Of a stretch of DNA of 61,161 nucleotides, positions 21,373 through 30,887 are shown piece by piece. Position numbers and translations under genes: made by a program. Positions within the stretch are counted from its first letter, which is position 1; the number at the start of each line of letters is the position of its first letter. Location: NCBI GenBank assembly GCA_008933025.1, contig WBXI01000003.1:1-61161 (forward strand), in the 5' to 3' direction. Under the pieces are notes generated by a model. It ran no database searches, had not been told where the DNA came from, and saw nothing but the letters and a program-made list of their open reading frames with translations. The DNA is from Verrucomicrobiota bacterium. GTDB lineage: Bacteria; Verrucomicrobiota; Verrucomicrobiia; Limisphaerales; UBA9464.

Positions 21373-22800
21373 TCACCCCTCCCCGGCCCGTCGCCGGCCG
21401 GCCAGCAGCGTCACCACGATCGCACAGGCGAGGAATACCAGCGCATTGGGGGTCCGGGCCGTCCATTCCGCCCACGGCCACGGGAACCGGAAGAATGCCA
21501 GGTTCAATCCGAAGTAGAGCCAGGCCATCGTCACCAAGGTCGGCCGCAACCAATCGACCGCGGGTCGACCGGGACCGTTCCGGGTCCAACGCAACGCCAG
21601 CCAGACGGTCACTCCCAACGGCACGACGACATAGATCGCCCAACCCAGCCAAACCGGGACGACCCTCTCTTCGTAGGCCAAGTTGACCAGTGTCTTGCCC
21701 GCGATCGGAAGCAGGGTGATGGGCAGGGCCATCCACCAGGCCGCGCCCCGGCCGACCACCACCAGGGCCACCGGGATCACCCCGAGTGCCGGTCCGAAAT
21801 CATAGAGTCGTTCCACCCACCCTACCGATCCGAACTCGCAGACCGCCAGCAGCACCCCGTGCAACGCCAGCAAGCCCGCCTCGAACGCCGCGGGAATTGC
21901 CGGGGGCCCGGCCGGGACGGGCGACGGCATCCGGATGCGGCGTCGGTTCAGCCAAAAGCCCGCGCCGAGCGCCGCACCCATGACCAACCCGAAGGTCGTC
22001 TCCATGAAATTCCACCAATTGACATGGCGATCGATGCCGGCCAAGGGACCGTTGGCGAACCATGGGCGGTGCCACGCATGCCAAGCCTGCAGGCATTGTC
22101 CCAAGGGAAAGCCCACGGCCCCGCCCAGAATGCCCCACAGGCCAACCCGCCAAGCCAGCGCGTCGCGGCGCACGGCCCCGGCATAGGCAAGGACCCCGAG
22201 CAACGCCAGGGCGAGCCCGCCCCAGACTTCCCGCCGGGGTTTCAAGACGGCGCCGGGTTCCCACCGCCAATCGTCGGAGAAATAGATCCGGGGCAGGACG
22301 CGATGCGCGGGATCGTACGGTTGGTTGATCCACCAGATCCCCAGGGCACTGAGACCCAGAATCCCCAGGAGCAGCAGGAACATTTCGCGGCCAGGGTAGC
22401 GGACGCCGCCCAATCCCATGCCGAGGAAGACCCCGCAGAAACCGATCCAGATGCCGCCCTTGATCGCGAGTCCCAGCATTCCCCAGCGCAGGGCGGCGAC
22501 GTTGCCCACCAATTCCGGATCGTGGGTCAGGCCGATGGTTTGCCCATAGGTCTCGGTGCCTCCGAAACCCATGGCGATGGTGCCCAACGCCACGGCACGG
22601 GCCGCCGCAAGTCCGTCGGCCATCGGGGCCAAAAGACGGACGAGCACGAGCGACACCAGAAGGCCGGCGATCATGGCGCCGGTCTCGTGTCCGTATTGGC
22701 CGCGGATGCCCCAAGCCATTCCCCCGGCGCAAGCCGTGGCGAGAACGACCTTCCACATCGGCGCAATCGGGACGGCGGTACGCACTGCGGTGGACGACAT
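21373..22800 (-). CDS. Conserved hypothetical polytopic membrane protein
   Basis: Twelve or more hydrophobic segments; motifs GGMAWGIRGQYGHETGA, FGGTETYGQT, NWWNFMETTFG. Confidence 0.75.
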   Translation of the reverse strand: MSSTAVRTAVPIAPMWKVVLATACAGGMAWGIRGQYGHETGAMIAGLLVSLVLVRLLAPMADGLAAARAVALGTIAMGFGGTETYGQTIGLTHDPELVGNVAALRWGMLGLAIKGGIWIGFCGVFLGMGLGGVRYPGREMFLLLLGILGLSALGIWWINQPYDPAHRVLPRIYFSDDWRWEPGAVLKPRREVWGGLALALLGVLAYAGAVRRDALAWRVGLWGILGGAVGFPLGQCLQAWHAWHRPWFANGPLAGIDRHVNWWNFMETTFGLVMGAALGAGFWLNRRRIRMPSPVPAGPPAIPAAFEAGLLALHGVLLAVCEFGSVGWVERLYDFGPALGVIPVALVVVGRGAAWWMALPITLLPIAGKTLVNLAYEERVVPVWLGWAIYVVVPLGVTVWLALRWTRNGPGRPAVDWLRPTLVTMAWLYFGLNLAFFRFPWPWAEWTARTPNALVFLACAIVVTLLAGRRRAGEG

Positions 22801-23082
22801 GCGGCGAGTTTTGGGGGAACGCCCGCGGAAGGACGAGCTTTGAGACGGAGCGATGCACAAGGGAATCCACGCGGAGACGCCATGATCCCCGGCACGGAGG
22901 GACATCGGTGGCGATTGGCCTCCCGTGTCCGATGGGCGTTGGGCACCGGGTATTCGGGACCACAAGGCCCGTGCATCCGCGTGGCCCACGGGAGCACCGG
23001 CGTGCGGCCGCCATTCCGAGGTGCCGGTCGAGAGGTCCGCGTCCGGCGTTGCGCGCGGGCATCCGCGCGCCATGCTTTGGAC

Positions 23083-23343
23083 ATGACACGCCAACAGGTG
23101 CTGGATCTGTACTTCATGGATGCCCGGTGCAAGCTGATCGAGGTGGCGGCTTTTCTGGACCGGGTGGACCGGGCGACCGGCGAGGCGGATTTCCGGACCG
23201 TGGCGTTTCGCGATGCCCTGCGGCACCTCGCTTCCGAAGGCACGGGTCGCACTGCCGCCGTGTTGCGGACGTTGAGCGACCCCACCGAGCAACCGGTGGA
23301 ACGGGCCCCGGGCAAGGGCGCCGTCGGTGCGTGGCCGGGCTGA
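23083..23343 (+). CDS. Small hypothetical protein (86 aa) paired with a TatD/EboB-like gene
   Basis: [30 protein letters not shown]...[17 protein letters not shown]; promoter-like TTGCGC-16 nt-CATGCT lies 6 nt upstream. Confidence 0.75.
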   Translation: MTRQQVLDLYFMDARCKLIEVAAFLDRVDRATGEADFRTVAFRDALRHLASEGTGRTAAVLRTLSDPTEQPVERAPGKGAVGAWPG

Positions 23344-23377
23344 GGCGGAACACGACCAAATCCCCAAGATCCCGAAC

Positions 23378-24190
23378 ATGCGATACATCGAGCCCCACGG
23401 GCACATGGTCAGCCGGACGACGGACGACTATCTCGACATGGTGACGGCCGGCTGCGCGGCGGTGTGCGAGCCGGCGTTCTGGGCGGGATTCGACCGCGGT
23501 TCCGCGTCCGGATTCCGCGATTACTTCGGCCAGTTGACCGAGCACGAGCCACGGCGAGCGGCACGTTACGGCCTGCCGCATTTCTGCTGGCTCTGCATCA
23601 ATCCCAAGGAGTCCGAGGATACCCGGCTCGCGGAAGACGTGATCGCGTTGATCCCGGAATTCCTCGGGCGCCCCACGGTGCTCGGGATCGGCGAGATCGG
23701 GTTGAACAAGAATTCCCGCAACGAGCTCCGGGTGCTCGAGATGCACGTGGACCTCGCCGCGCGCCACGACCAACTGATCCTCGTCCACACCCCGCACCTC
23801 GAGGACAAGCTCAAGGGCACCCGACTGATCCTCGACGTGCTGCGGGCCGACTCCCGGATCCGCCCGGAGCGCGTGCTCATCGACCACGTCGAGGAACACA
23901 CCGTCCGCATGGTGCTCGACCACGGGCACTGGGGCGGCATGACGCTCTATCCGATCAGCAAATGCACGCCGGCCCGCGCCGTGGACATCCTCGACGTGTA
24001 CGGCAGCGACCGGCTGTGGATGAATTCGGCCTGCGACTGGGGCGAGAGCGTCCCCCTGGCCGTCCCGCGGACGGCCCTCGAAATGCGGCGGCGCGGCTGG
24101 AGCGCGGCGGCCGTGGACCGCGTCGTCTACCAGAACCCCGTCCGGTTCCTCAGCCAGTGCCCGAAGTTCCGCCTTCCCGAGGAAGGTTGA
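23378..24190 (+). CDS. TatD family metal-dependent hydrolase, EboB-like
   Basis: [47 protein letters not shown]. Confidence 0.88.
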   Translation: MRYIEPHGHMVSRTTDDYLDMVTAGCAAVCEPAFWAGFDRGSASGFRDYFGQLTEHEPRRAARYGLPHFCWLCINPKESEDTRLAEDVIALIPEFLGRPTVLGIGEIGLNKNSRNELRVLEMHVDLAARHDQLILVHTPHLEDKLKGTRLILDVLRADSRIRPERVLIDHVEEHTVRMVLDHGHWGGMTLYPISKCTPARAVDILDVYGSDRLWMNSACDWGESVPLAVPRTALEMRRRGWSAAAVDRVVYQNPVRFLSQCPKFRLPEEG

Positions 24191-24199
24191 ACGCGCACG

Positions 24200-25510
24200 T
24201 CACCGCCGCTTGCCGCGGCCACGGGCCATCAGCGCCTCGATGTCGTCGGCCTCGATCGGGATGTCGGCCATCAGGTCCACCGGGCCGCCGGCGGTGATGA
24301 GCACGTCGTTCTCGAGCCGGATGCCCAGACCCTCTTCCGGGATGTAGATCGCCGGTTCGACGGTCATCACCCATCCCGCAGCGAACGGTTCGTCGGCAAA
24401 GCCGACGTCGTGCACGTCGAGGCCGATCGGATGGCCATTGCCGTGCATGAAGTACCGTTTCACGGCCTTGGCGGACGTTTCCCCGGCCTTCGCCTTGAGT
24501 TGCCGGGGCTTGAGCAGACCGAGGTGGACGCATTCGCGGGCCACCAACTCCTCGGCTTCCTCCTGCCATTCGCGCCATTTTCTTCCGGGAACCAGGCTTT
24601 GGATGGAGGCACGGAGCACGCGCAGGACGGCGTCGTAGACCTGCCGTTGGCGTCGGCTGAAGCGGCCGCCGACCGGGATCGTGCGGGTCAGGTCCGAATT
24701 GTAATTGGCATGGCTCGCGGCGACGTCGAGCAGGAGCAGGTCGCCGTCGTTGCAGGGTCGCGAATTGTCCGTGTAATGCAGGACGCAGGCATTGGCACCG
24801 GACGCGATGATGGGGTTGTACGCGAACGCACCGCGGCGGCGGATGAATTCATGGGCGAACTCGGCCTCCACCTCGCACTCGTTCACGCCCGGTTTGACGA
24901 ACCGCGCCACCCGCTCGAATCCCGCCCGGGTGATGGCGCAGGCCTCGCGGATCAAGGCCACCTCGGGTTCCGATTTGACCATGCGCAGCCGGTGCATCAG
25001 GCGGGCAAGGCGATGGTACTGGTGGAGCGGATACCGCCGCCGGAGCTCGTGGGCCAGCCGGGCATCGCGGGACTCCACCACGATCTCCGCGCGCCGGTGC
25101 TCGTTCGAGTTGAGGTAAAGGTGGTCGGCCTCGCACACGAGGCGATGCAGGTATTTCGGGAAGTCCGAAAGCCACTGGATGTTCTCGATCCCACTGGCGG
25201 CGCGGGCCTCGGCCTTGGTCAGCTTGTGTCCTTCCCAAACCGCGATGACCTCGTTGGTTTCACGCAGGAACAGGATCTCGCGCTGGCGCTCGTCGGCGGC
25301 GTCCGGAAACAGCAGCAGGATCGACTCCTCCTGCTCGATCCCGGCGAGGTAGAAGAGATCGGAATTCGGGACGATCCGCAGCGTGCCGTCGGCGTTGGTC
25401 GGGAAAACGTCGTTCGCGTTGAGAAGCGCGAGCGCGCCCGGAAGCATGAGCTGGCGCAGGCGAGCGCGGTTCTCGACGAAAAGGCGCGCATCGATCGGGG
25501 CGTGTCGCAT
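24200..25510 (-). CDS. pepP: Xaa-Pro aminopeptidase (M24B)
   Basis: SDLFYLAGIEQE, LHY, LLLDVAA..YNSDLTRTIP, HGNGHPIGLDVHD, TVEPAIY, GIRLEND. Confidence 0.93.
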   Translation of the reverse strand: MRHAPIDARLFVENRARLRQLMLPGALALLNANDVFPTNADGTLRIVPNSDLFYLAGIEQEESILLLFPDAADERQREILFLRETNEVIAVWEGHKLTKAEARAASGIENIQWLSDFPKYLHRLVCEADHLYLNSNEHRRAEIVVESRDARLAHELRRRYPLHQYHRLARLMHRLRMVKSEPEVALIREACAITRAGFERVARFVKPGVNECEVEAEFAHEFIRRRGAFAYNPIIASGANACVLHYTDNSRPCNDGDLLLLDVAASHANYNSDLTRTIPVGGRFSRRQRQVYDAVLRVLRASIQSLVPGRKWREWQEEAEELVARECVHLGLLKPRQLKAKAGETSAKAVKRYFMHGNGHPIGLDVHDVGFADEPFAAGWVMTVEPAIYIPEEGLGIRLENDVLITAGGPVDLMADIPIEADDIEALMARGRGKRR

Positions 25511-25675
25511 GGCAGACGAACCGTGCCGGAAACGGCCGATTCCCACAAGAAGGCGACCACGGGGCCGTCTGGAAAGTAGGCAGGGGTCCGGTTTCGGAGA
25601 CCCGTCCACCCTCTCCGCCCCGCCTCCACGAACAATCCCTCGCCGCAGGACCCCCGTCCTCTTCTTGGATGGGCT

Positions 25676-26602
25676 CTAATCCCGCACCGCCTTGTGGCAC
25701 GCGGCACAGGAATCGGACACGGCCCGGATGCAGGTCTCGACGGCCGATTCAGCCTCGGGAGTGCGGGCCGTTTCAAGGTCCCGTAGCGATTCGTGCAAAC
25801 GCCGTGCGGCCGTCTCGGCCCGTGACAGCCCGTCCGCCCAACGCGGTCCACGCTCCGCACCCAGACCGGTGCGCCGCGCCTCCCGGAACCACTCGACCAA
25901 TTGCAACGCCTCGTCCGACGGCACCCCATCGCCGCGGCCGATGGCCGCCCCGAACCCAGTTTTCCGGAGGGACTTCAACCCGTCGAACCGCGCGTCGATC
26001 GACACCATCGCGTCGACCAAACCGGGCGTCGGCGCGCGGGACGGGAAATCCGCGCCGACCGCAGCCAACTCGGCGGGCAACGGCGGACGGAACTCCGCGG
26101 CGGAACGGTACAGGCCGGCGTAATTGGTCGCCGTGCCCGCGGCGTGCATCCACGCGTGGGCCAACGCGGGCTTCCAGCCGTCGATGGCCTCGCACACCAC
26201 GGCCACCGCCGCCGGGCCGCGGTGTTTGCCATGGTGACAATGGAAATACACGGGGCCCGCCACGGAACCGACGGCTTTCACGAGGCGCACGGCGTTGGAC
26301 GCCGGAATGCCGTCGTATCCAAAGGGCAGATGGATGTACCGGATGCCGTGGCGTGCGGCGGACGCGGCGTCGGGGGCCGCGCCGTCCACGCTGACGATCG
26401 TGCGGACGCCGAGCCCGGCCAGCGCGGCGAACGCGGCGTCGCCAACGGGCGACGAACCGGAATACAGGCGCGAACCCACGGCGAACGTGTTTGCCATGCC
26501 CGCCAGCGGAATGGGCCGGAACGACGGATCCGCCGCCCGCAAAGCCGTCGCCACGGCCAGTGCCCCAACGCACCGGACGATCAGTTCCGCGATCCGCGTC
26601 AT
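25676..26602 (-). CDS. Exported protein: Cys-based phosphatase-like (CX5R) domain fused to a C-terminal c-type cytochrome (cytochrome c'-like) domain
   Basis: Signal peptide; LYSGSSP..GVRTIVSVD..YIHLP; P-loop PVYFHCHHGKHRG; helical C-domain ending SCAACHKAVRD (CXXCH). Start 26602 or 26623. Confidence 0.8.
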   Translation of the reverse strand: MTRIAELIVRCVGALAVATALRAADPSFRPIPLAGMANTFAVGSRLYSGSSPVGDAAFAALAGLGVRTIVSVDGAAPDAASAARHGIRYIHLPFGYDGIPASNAVRLVKAVGSVAGPVYFHCHHGKHRGPAAVAVVCEAIDGWKPALAHAWMHAAGTATNYAGLYRSAAEFRPPLPAELAAVGADFPSRAPTPGLVDAMVSIDARFDGLKSLRKTGFGAAIGRGDGVPSDEALQLVEWFREARRTGLGAERGPRWADGLSRAETAARRLHESLRDLETARTPEAESAVETCIRAVSDSCAACHKAVRD

Positions 26603-26663
26603 GGGAATTGGATCAAGCCGCATGGGGTGTCCTCACGGGAATCCCTCCCTCCCGGGACTTCCC

Positions 26664-27131
26664 TCATTCGGGCCGCACCTCGTCGCCGGGCTGGAGGTCG
26701 CCCTCCACGATGTCGGCGGCGATGGTGGCGTCGCGCGCGATCCGGCCGGCCTTCACCTGACCGACCATTTTGCCCTCGCGGTAGACCTTGAGGATCTGGC
26801 CCGGGGACGGCGGTGCGTTGAGGGTGAAATCGACGACCACGAAGCGGAGCGACGGCTGGACTTGGACGATGTTTCCCTGGGCACCGCCGAGCGCACGGAT
26901 TCGCGGAGCGGCGGGAACGGCGGTCGAGGTGTCCACGCGGGATCCACCGGGCGCGCCGGATGGGGACTGGCAACCCGCCAGAACAAGGCACAGCCCAAGG
27001 ATCCCGGCGTGCCGGAGGCCCGACGCCTCAGAACCCCCAGCGAAGACCGAGAGTCCCGCCGTACACGCCGCCGAGCTTGAGGGTGGCCTCGCGCCCGAAG
27101 CCTCCGAACGTCGAGTTTTGGTTGAACTCAT
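26664..27131 (-). CDS. Putative lipoprotein with a small beta-rich domain (true start uncertain, probably near 27015)
   Basis: Lipobox GILGLCLVLAG-C; domain GNIVQVQPSLRFVVVDF...LKVYREGKMVGQVK...ADIVEGDLQPGDEVR. Confidence 0.7.
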   Translation of the reverse strand: MSSTKTRRSEASGARPPSSSAACTAGLSVFAGGSEASGLRHAGILGLCLVLAGCQSPSGAPGGSRVDTSTAVPAAPRIRALGGAQGNIVQVQPSLRFVVVDFTLNAPPSPGQILKVYREGKMVGQVKAGRIARDATIAADIVEGDLQPGDEVRPE

Positions 27132-28056
27132 ATTGTCCGCCGACGTAAACGCCCAACCGCTTGGTGATGTCGTACTGGGCGCGCAACTCGAAGTACCCGC
27201 CCGGGCGCCAATCCGACCGGCGCACGAGGTGATGCCCGCCGGCGCTCGGGTCGTAGGAAAAAGATTCGTCGATGGTCAACTGCGCGTCGGGAAGCACGGA
27301 ACAATACCCGAAACTCACGCCGGCGGTGAGGCGACGGGCCACCGGCACCTCGAAATAGACGCCTGCCTTCAGGATGTGCAGGTGGGCATTCAGCCGCATG
27401 TCCAGGGTGGACGTGCCGGTCACCGGCGTTGTCGTCGGACCCGAAATCGGGGCCAGCGGGATCAATGGCCCGGGTCCGGCAAACGTGCCGGAATAGGGAT
27501 GCAACGGCGGGATGATCGTCTGTTCGTCGCCCGGTTGAAACGAGTAGGTCGCAGTGGTGTGGGTTCCCGTGCCCGCCGCGGATCCACCGGCCCGCGCGGA
27601 AATCGTGCTGTAGCCGTAGCCACCCTCGAGCCCAAACTTCACCTCGCGTTTGCCCACCATGAACCGCGTCACCTCGATGCCCGCCCGCAGGTCCCCCCCG
27701 AACGCGGTGCCGACCTTGCCGGAGAGATCGCCGACTCGCGGCACTTTGTCCCAACGCTCGAGATTCAGGGTGTCTTCGACGATCTGCGACGACTTCTGGT
27801 ATCCCCAGTTCCACGTGTAGGGGGAATTGGTGCTGACCGAGGGCAACACGTACCCATTCTGGAAAATGCCGGCCCCGACCGGCGTGGGCACCGTGGAGTT
27901 GCGGAAATCGACGCCGATGCCGGAACGCAGCACGCCGCCGCCGCGGAGCCAGATCCCGGACTCGGGAGCCATCTCCTCGCCGTGGACCGCGGCAATGGAC
28001 GCGACCGCCAGACCGACATAGGCCGCGCCGCGAAGGTGGAACAATGGGTTGCTCAT
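27028..28056 (-). CDS. Putative outer-membrane beta-barrel protein
   Basis: Signal peptide; alternating strands (FGLEGGYGYS, AGVYFEVPV, LTAGVSFGY, LGVYVGGQYEF); C-terminal YGGTLGLRWGF Bam-type signature. Confidence 0.8.
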   Translation of the reverse strand: MSNPLFHLRGAAYVGLAVASIAAVHGEEMAPESGIWLRGGGVLRSGIGVDFRNSTVPTPVGAGIFQNGYVLPSVSTNSPYTWNWGYQKSSQIVEDTLNLERWDKVPRVGDLSGKVGTAFGGDLRAGIEVTRFMVGKREVKFGLEGGYGYSTISARAGGSAAGTGTHTTATYSFQPGDEQTIIPPLHPYSGTFAGPGPLIPLAPISGPTTTPVTGTSTLDMRLNAHLHILKAGVYFEVPVARRLTAGVSFGYCSVLPDAQLTIDESFSYDPSAGGHHLVRRSDWRPGGYFELRAQYDITKRLGVYVGGQYEFNQNSTFGGFGREATLKLGGVYGGTLGLRWGF

Positions 28057-28080
28057 GGATGGAATTGTCGTTGTTCCCCG

Positions 28081-29523
28081 TCAGAGGCTTGTGATCACCC
28101 GGTAAAACCGCGTTCCGTTGGCCGGCAAGGAATCCGTTTTGGGTGGTCCGGCATCGATCCATTGCACCCGCGAGCCCGTTCCCTGAATCGACGGAAGCGC
28201 CGTCTTCATGGTCGCCGCCGCGGAATTCAGGTCTTTCACCGTTGGCGCGTATTGGACGTAGTATTTCCGGCCGACTTCGGTCGGGAATTCGATGAGGAAG
28301 GCGCCGTCCGGATACGACGGGTTCGCGAAGTAGAGCGCGCGATCGACCGCCAGGAGCCCCGTGGAAAGCGTCGGCACGACCGCGGTGCCCACCGTGTCCA
28401 CCCCGTAACTCGGCGTCGGAACCGTGACGAGGTCGGGCACGTAGAATTCCGCGAGAAGATCCCGGGTTTCACCCGGGGCGAGCTTGGAAATCACGAAGGC
28501 GGGAAGCGTGGTCACGCTGGAGGTGGCGTGGGCGTTCCAAAGCGTGGTCGCAAGACCCAGGGAATCGAGACCGAGCCCGGCCACCGAGATCTGTACCAAG
28601 GCCTGCGTGCTGACACTCGGGTTACCGACGGAGATCCGCTGCACGAAGAGTCCCGACTGGAAGTCGAGCGTCGGCAACGGCCCCGGCACGACCAGCGCCC
28701 CGACCGGTTGGAGCGTCACGATCGCATGGGTGCCGTCGATCAGGGGCCCCACCGGGGCCACCGGCGTGTTCGTCAGGGAAAGCCCCGCGGCCATCGGCTT
28801 CGCGCCGTCCACGAGGTCGAAGACCACCGTGCCAACCTGGGTGTTGCCGGGATCCAGACGAAAGGTGGGATCGAAAGCCATGCTCACGCCAAACAGGCCG
28901 TCCGCCGTCCGCGAGGTGTTCTCGGTCACGCGGGCTCCTGGCCCGGCGACCTCGAGCAAACGCGCCTTCCGATCCGGAATGACGATCGCCCCCCCGGGCG
29001 GCAACGACGAGACGAACCGGGGGTTCTTCAGGGTGAGGACGTTGAAGGCGATCGAGAAATCCACCTCCGTCTCGTTGCCCCGGGCTTCGTAGAAAACCGG
29101 TACCTGCGGATTCCCCGTGGGAATGTAGTGGCCGACCGCGAGGCTGCCGGTCGGCAATGCGAGGACGACCAATGAAACCGGGGCGCTGGTCACGGAACCA
29201 ACGCGGTTCGAAACGATGACCTGGTACAGGCCCGCGTTGTTGGTGGTCACGTTCGGCAATACCAGCGAGGGCGCCGTCGCGCTCGGCAGGTTGGTCCCCG
29301 AGAACTGCCACTGGTACGCCGGCGCCGGCGTGCCCTTGGCCGCGACGGCGAACGTCGCGGCTTGCCCGGGATAGACCAGCGTGGTCGTGGGCGAAGCCGT
29401 CAACTCCGGCAAGGCATCGGGAATCGGCGTGGCCAACAGCGCGGGCAAACCCCACGCACAGAGAATCGTCAGGAAAAGCCGGCGAAAGGCCGGCCCGGCA
29501 GGCAACGGATGGCAGGAGTTCAT
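28081..29523 (-). CDS. Exported immunoglobulin-domain protein with a cohesin-like middle and a distinctive C-terminal domain
   Basis: Signal peptide; Ig motif GQAATFAVAAKGTPAPAYQWQ...NAGLYQVIVSN; C-terminus FLIEFPTEVGRKYYVQY...VQWIDAGPPKT...RFYRVITSL. Confidence 0.82.
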   Translation of the reverse strand: MNSCHPLPAGPAFRRLFLTILCAWGLPALLATPIPDALPELTASPTTTLVYPGQAATFAVAAKGTPAPAYQWQFSGTNLPSATAPSLVLPNVTTNNAGLYQVIVSNRVGSVTSAPVSLVVLALPTGSLAVGHYIPTGNPQVPVFYEARGNETEVDFSIAFNVLTLKNPRFVSSLPPGGAIVIPDRKARLLEVAGPGARVTENTSRTADGLFGVSMAFDPTFRLDPGNTQVGTVVFDLVDGAKPMAAGLSLTNTPVAPVGPLIDGTHAIVTLQPVGALVVPGPLPTLDFQSGLFVQRISVGNPSVSTQALVQISVAGLGLDSLGLATTLWNAHATSSVTTLPAFVISKLAPGETRDLLAEFYVPDLVTVPTPSYGVDTVGTAVVPTLSTGLLAVDRALYFANPSYPDGAFLIEFPTEVGRKYYVQYAPTVKDLNSAAATMKTALPSIQGTGSRVQWIDAGPPKTDSLPANGTRFYRVITSL

Positions 29524-29591
29524 CGGACGGAAGAAGTCAAACGGCAGCAATGTCGAAACAACAGGGTGATTTCTGCCCTTGGTCCCCGGCA

Positions 29592-30887
29592 TCAAACCAC
29601 CGTCCCGTTCGGGATCACCCCGTTCTTCGGAACGATGAGGATCCCGTCGCGGATGTAGTAGAGCGGGTGGTCGAAATTCTCCGGCTTGCCCGCGGGAGAA
29701 AGAACGCAGGCTTCGCCGATCCGGGCGTTCTTGTCGATGATCGCGTTCTCGATGCGGGTGCCGCGGCCCACGCCGAGCGGGAGCCCGAGGTTCTCGGGCC
29801 GATTGCGCCGGGATGCGGTGTCGAAGTAGTCCGAACCCAACATCACCACCCGGTTCAGGGACGCGCCGTCGTCGATGACCGCACGAAGACCGACGATCGA
29901 GCGTTGGACCCGCGCATTGTTGATGATGCAACCCTCCGCAATCACCGCATGGTCGACCGCCGCGCCGTTGATCTTGGAAGCCGGCAGGAAACGGGGGCGG
30001 GTAAAGACCGGGGGGCTGAAGAAATTGAAACGCGGCACATCGTTGGTCTGGTCGAGATTCGCCTCGAAAAAACTACGGATGGTGCCGATGTCCTCCCAAT
30101 ACCCTTGGAACACGTGGGAAAACACACGGTGGCTGCCGATGGCACCCGGGATGATGTGCTTGCCGAAATCGGTCAGGTTGTTGTTCAGCAACTCGAACAA
30201 CACCTCGCGGTTGAACACATAGATCCCCATCGACGCGAGGTAGAGATCGTCGTCGCGGGTGATGCCAAGGGGGCCGTAACTCGCACGGTCGATGCGGAGG
30301 GACTCGAGGACCGCGGGTTCCTTGGGTTTCTCGACGAACCGCGTGATCCGGTGTTCGCCGTTGATGTGCATGATCCCCAGGGCACCGGCTTCCCGCGCGG
30401 GCACCGGGATGGTCGCGATCGTGAGATCCGCGGAGCGATCCACATGCGTCTGCAGGATCTCCCGGAAGTCCATCTGGTAGAGTTGGTCGCCGGAAAGGAT
30501 CAACGCGTAGTCGAAATCGTTGTTCCGGAAGTGCATCAGGTTCTTCCGGACGGCGTCGGCAGTACCTTGGTACCAGCTGGTGTTCGAGAAGGTCTGCTCC
30601 GCCGCGAGGATTTCCACGAAGCCGCCGTTGAAATGGTCGAACTTGAAGCTCTGGGAGATATGCCGGTGCAGCGACGCGGAATTGAACTGGGTGAGCAGGT
30701 ACATCCGGGTCAGCCCGGAGTTGACGCAGTTCGAGATCGGGATGTCGACCAGCCGGTACTTGCCGGCGAGCGGCGTCGCGGGCTTGGAACGCTCGCGCGT
30801 CAATGGAAAGAGGCGCGTGCCCTGGCCGCCTCCCATGATGATGCCGAGGGTCTGTTGGGAAAGATAGGTGGCACGTTTCGCGGGCAT
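29592..30887 (-). CDS. glgC: Glucose-1-phosphate adenylyltransferase
   Basis: GGGQGTRLFPLTRERSKPA, WYQGTADAV, LSGDQLY, FVEKP, YWEDIGT, AIIDKNARIG. Confidence 0.97.
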   Translation of the reverse strand: MPAKRATYLSQQTLGIIMGGGQGTRLFPLTRERSKPATPLAGKYRLVDIPISNCVNSGLTRMYLLTQFNSASLHRHISQSFKFDHFNGGFVEILAAEQTFSNTSWYQGTADAVRKNLMHFRNNDFDYALILSGDQLYQMDFREILQTHVDRSADLTIATIPVPAREAGALGIMHINGEHRITRFVEKPKEPAVLESLRIDRASYGPLGITRDDDLYLASMGIYVFNREVLFELLNNNLTDFGKHIIPGAIGSHRVFSHVFQGYWEDIGTIRSFFEANLDQTNDVPRFNFFSPPVFTRPRFLPASKINGAAVDHAVIAEGCIINNARVQRSIVGLRAVIDDGASLNRVVMLGSDYFDTASRRNRPENLGLPLGVGRGTRIENAIIDKNARIGEACVLSPAGKPENFDHPLYYIRDGILIVPKNGVIPNGTVV

